Assembly: GCA_038064695.1 (NCBI GenBank)
Contig: JBBTSO010000004.1
Location: forward strand, 114,165 to 178,164
Length of the DNA: 64,000 nucleotides
Source: Patescibacteria group bacterium
Lineage (GTDB): Bacteria > Patescibacteriota > Minisyncoccia > Phycocordibacterales > Phycocordibacteraceae
Direction: 5' to 3'
The stretch's first letter is position 1. The number at the start of each line of letters is the position of its first letter. Below the pieces are notes generated by a model that did no database searches, was not told where the DNA came from, and was given only the letters and a program-made list of their open reading frames with translations. A program made the position numbers and the translations under genes. This document shows, piece by piece, positions 63,431 through 64,000 of the stretch.

Positions 63431-63490
63431 GCGGATTTCACTATCGTACTTTGGATTTTGTTTGCTGTCTATCGTGGTACAATTTTCTCT

Positions 63491-64000
63491 ATGACGTATT
63501 TTGAAAGTGATGCTATTTTTTGGGTTGAAATTGATAAAATTCGCCCCAACCCCTATCAACCGCGCACCGAGTTTGATGAATCAAAATTGCGCGATTTGGC
63601 GGACTCTATTCGTCAGTATGGCGTTCTTCAGCCGTTGGTGGTAACGCGTCATGAAGAAGAAAAACCAGACGGAGGTATCGCCACATTTTACGAATTGATT
63701 GCGGGGGAACGCCGGTTGCGCGCTTCAAAACTCGCAGGATTACTCCAGATTCCGGTCATCATTCGCTCTTCTGAAGAGCATGATCGTATGAAGCTGGAGT
63801 TGGCAATTATTGAAAACTTACAGCGAGAAGATTTAAATGCCATCGACCGCGCGCGCGCGTTTGAACGGCTGCAAAAAGAGTTCAAACTTAATAATACTGA
63901 CATTGCTAAAAAGGTGGGGAAGAGCCGCGAGTACGTTTCAAACTCGCTCCGTCTATTAAATTTGCCGCAGGAAATTCAAGACGCGGTGACGGGGGGTAAA
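63491..64000 (+). CDS. parB: Chromosome partitioning protein ParB/Spo0J, 3'-truncated at window end
   Basis: Own translation: MTYFESDAIFWVEIDKIRPNPYQPRTEFDE..LADSIRQYGVLQPLVV..ELIAGERRLRASKLAG (ParB box II GERRxRA). Absent from the ORF track because no stop lies in the window. Confidence 0.8.
   Translation, partial: MTYFESDAIFWVEIDKIRPNPYQPRTEFDESKLRDLADSIRQYGVLQPLVVTRHEEEKPDGGIATFYELIAGERRLRASKLAGLLQIPVIIRSSEEHDRMKLELAIIENLQREDLNAIDRARAFERLQKEFKLNNTDIAKKVGKSREYVSNSLRLLNLPQEIQDAVTGGK

Noticed and set aside
63224-63559. 111-aa minus-strand ORF
   Set aside because: It overlaps tRNA-Leu(CAA) and the parB start. No motifs, Arg-rich junk translation.
1-64000. Search for CRISPR arrays, rRNA genes, transposases/integrases, reverse transcriptases, toxin-antitoxin pairs
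   Set aside because: No direct-repeat/spacer arrays, no rRNA-like segments and no ORFs with DDE, tyrosine-recombinase, RT or typical TA motifs were seen. The only defence-like gene is the HEPN candidate.

Overview
This 64 kb window looks like a small-genome bacterial chromosome segment (about 50% GC, dense and compact, many short overlapping operons), probably from an ultra-small Candidate Phyla Radiation (CPR)/Parcubacteria-like lineage; that taxonomic call is inference only. No rRNA genes, CRISPR arrays or recognisable transposases/integrases were seen.

Housekeeping content I could support from the sequence: valS (5'-truncated at the window edge), tsaD, tsaC, nrnA-like, pepP, trxB, ftsZ, ftsA, ybeY, rpsU, lepB, pth, rpsA, gyrA, rbfA, infB, iscS-like, clpB, rpmG, dgkA, miaA, a peroxiredoxin, pyrF, parB (3'-truncated) and 12 tRNA genes.

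Accessory content, in order along the window:
- 2.6-7.4 kb: a 1203-aa giant cell-surface protein (tandem Ig-like repeats + DUF11 + Gly/Pro linker + peptidoglycan-binding domain), preceded by two 16-bp operator-like palindromes, followed by a secreted protein with a variant metzincin motif.
- 8.0-13.9 kb: a type IV pilus cluster (PilB/GspE ATPase, PilC platform, three pseudopilins, a PilX-like gene, a major pilin). One pseudopilin carries an LVIVD-repeat beta-propeller domain.
- 25.1-29.1 kb: a vitamin-B12 salvage/use operon (membrane capture protein candidate, DUF4430, PduO-type adenosyltransferase, class II B12-dependent ribonucleotide reductase), next to an ArsR-NirK-like pair.
- 24.0-24.8 kb: an AT-rich HEPN Abi-like gene sitting in a tRNA cluster.
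- 46.9-48.6 kb: four tandem paralogous VirB2/TrbC-like small pilin-like proteins, with a fifth member fused to an extracellular domain at 58.9 kb, and a membrane-anchored DnaJ-type zinc-finger mini-protein wedged between tRNAs.

Non-coding signals not explained by the genes:
- a dispersed family of TAG-punctuated 7-bp-periodic repeats in at least 10 intergenic regions, mostly just upstream of start codons;
- a family of three about 34-bp perfect palindromes with compensatory variation (core TCTGACGGNCGTCAGA);
- two short att-like duplications of tRNA-Leu 3' ends (92-bp and 149-bp inserts);
- an identical 27-mer embedded in frame in two unrelated genes;
- a twice-occurring hairpin/small-ORF element;
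- a uniform family of bidirectional terminators.
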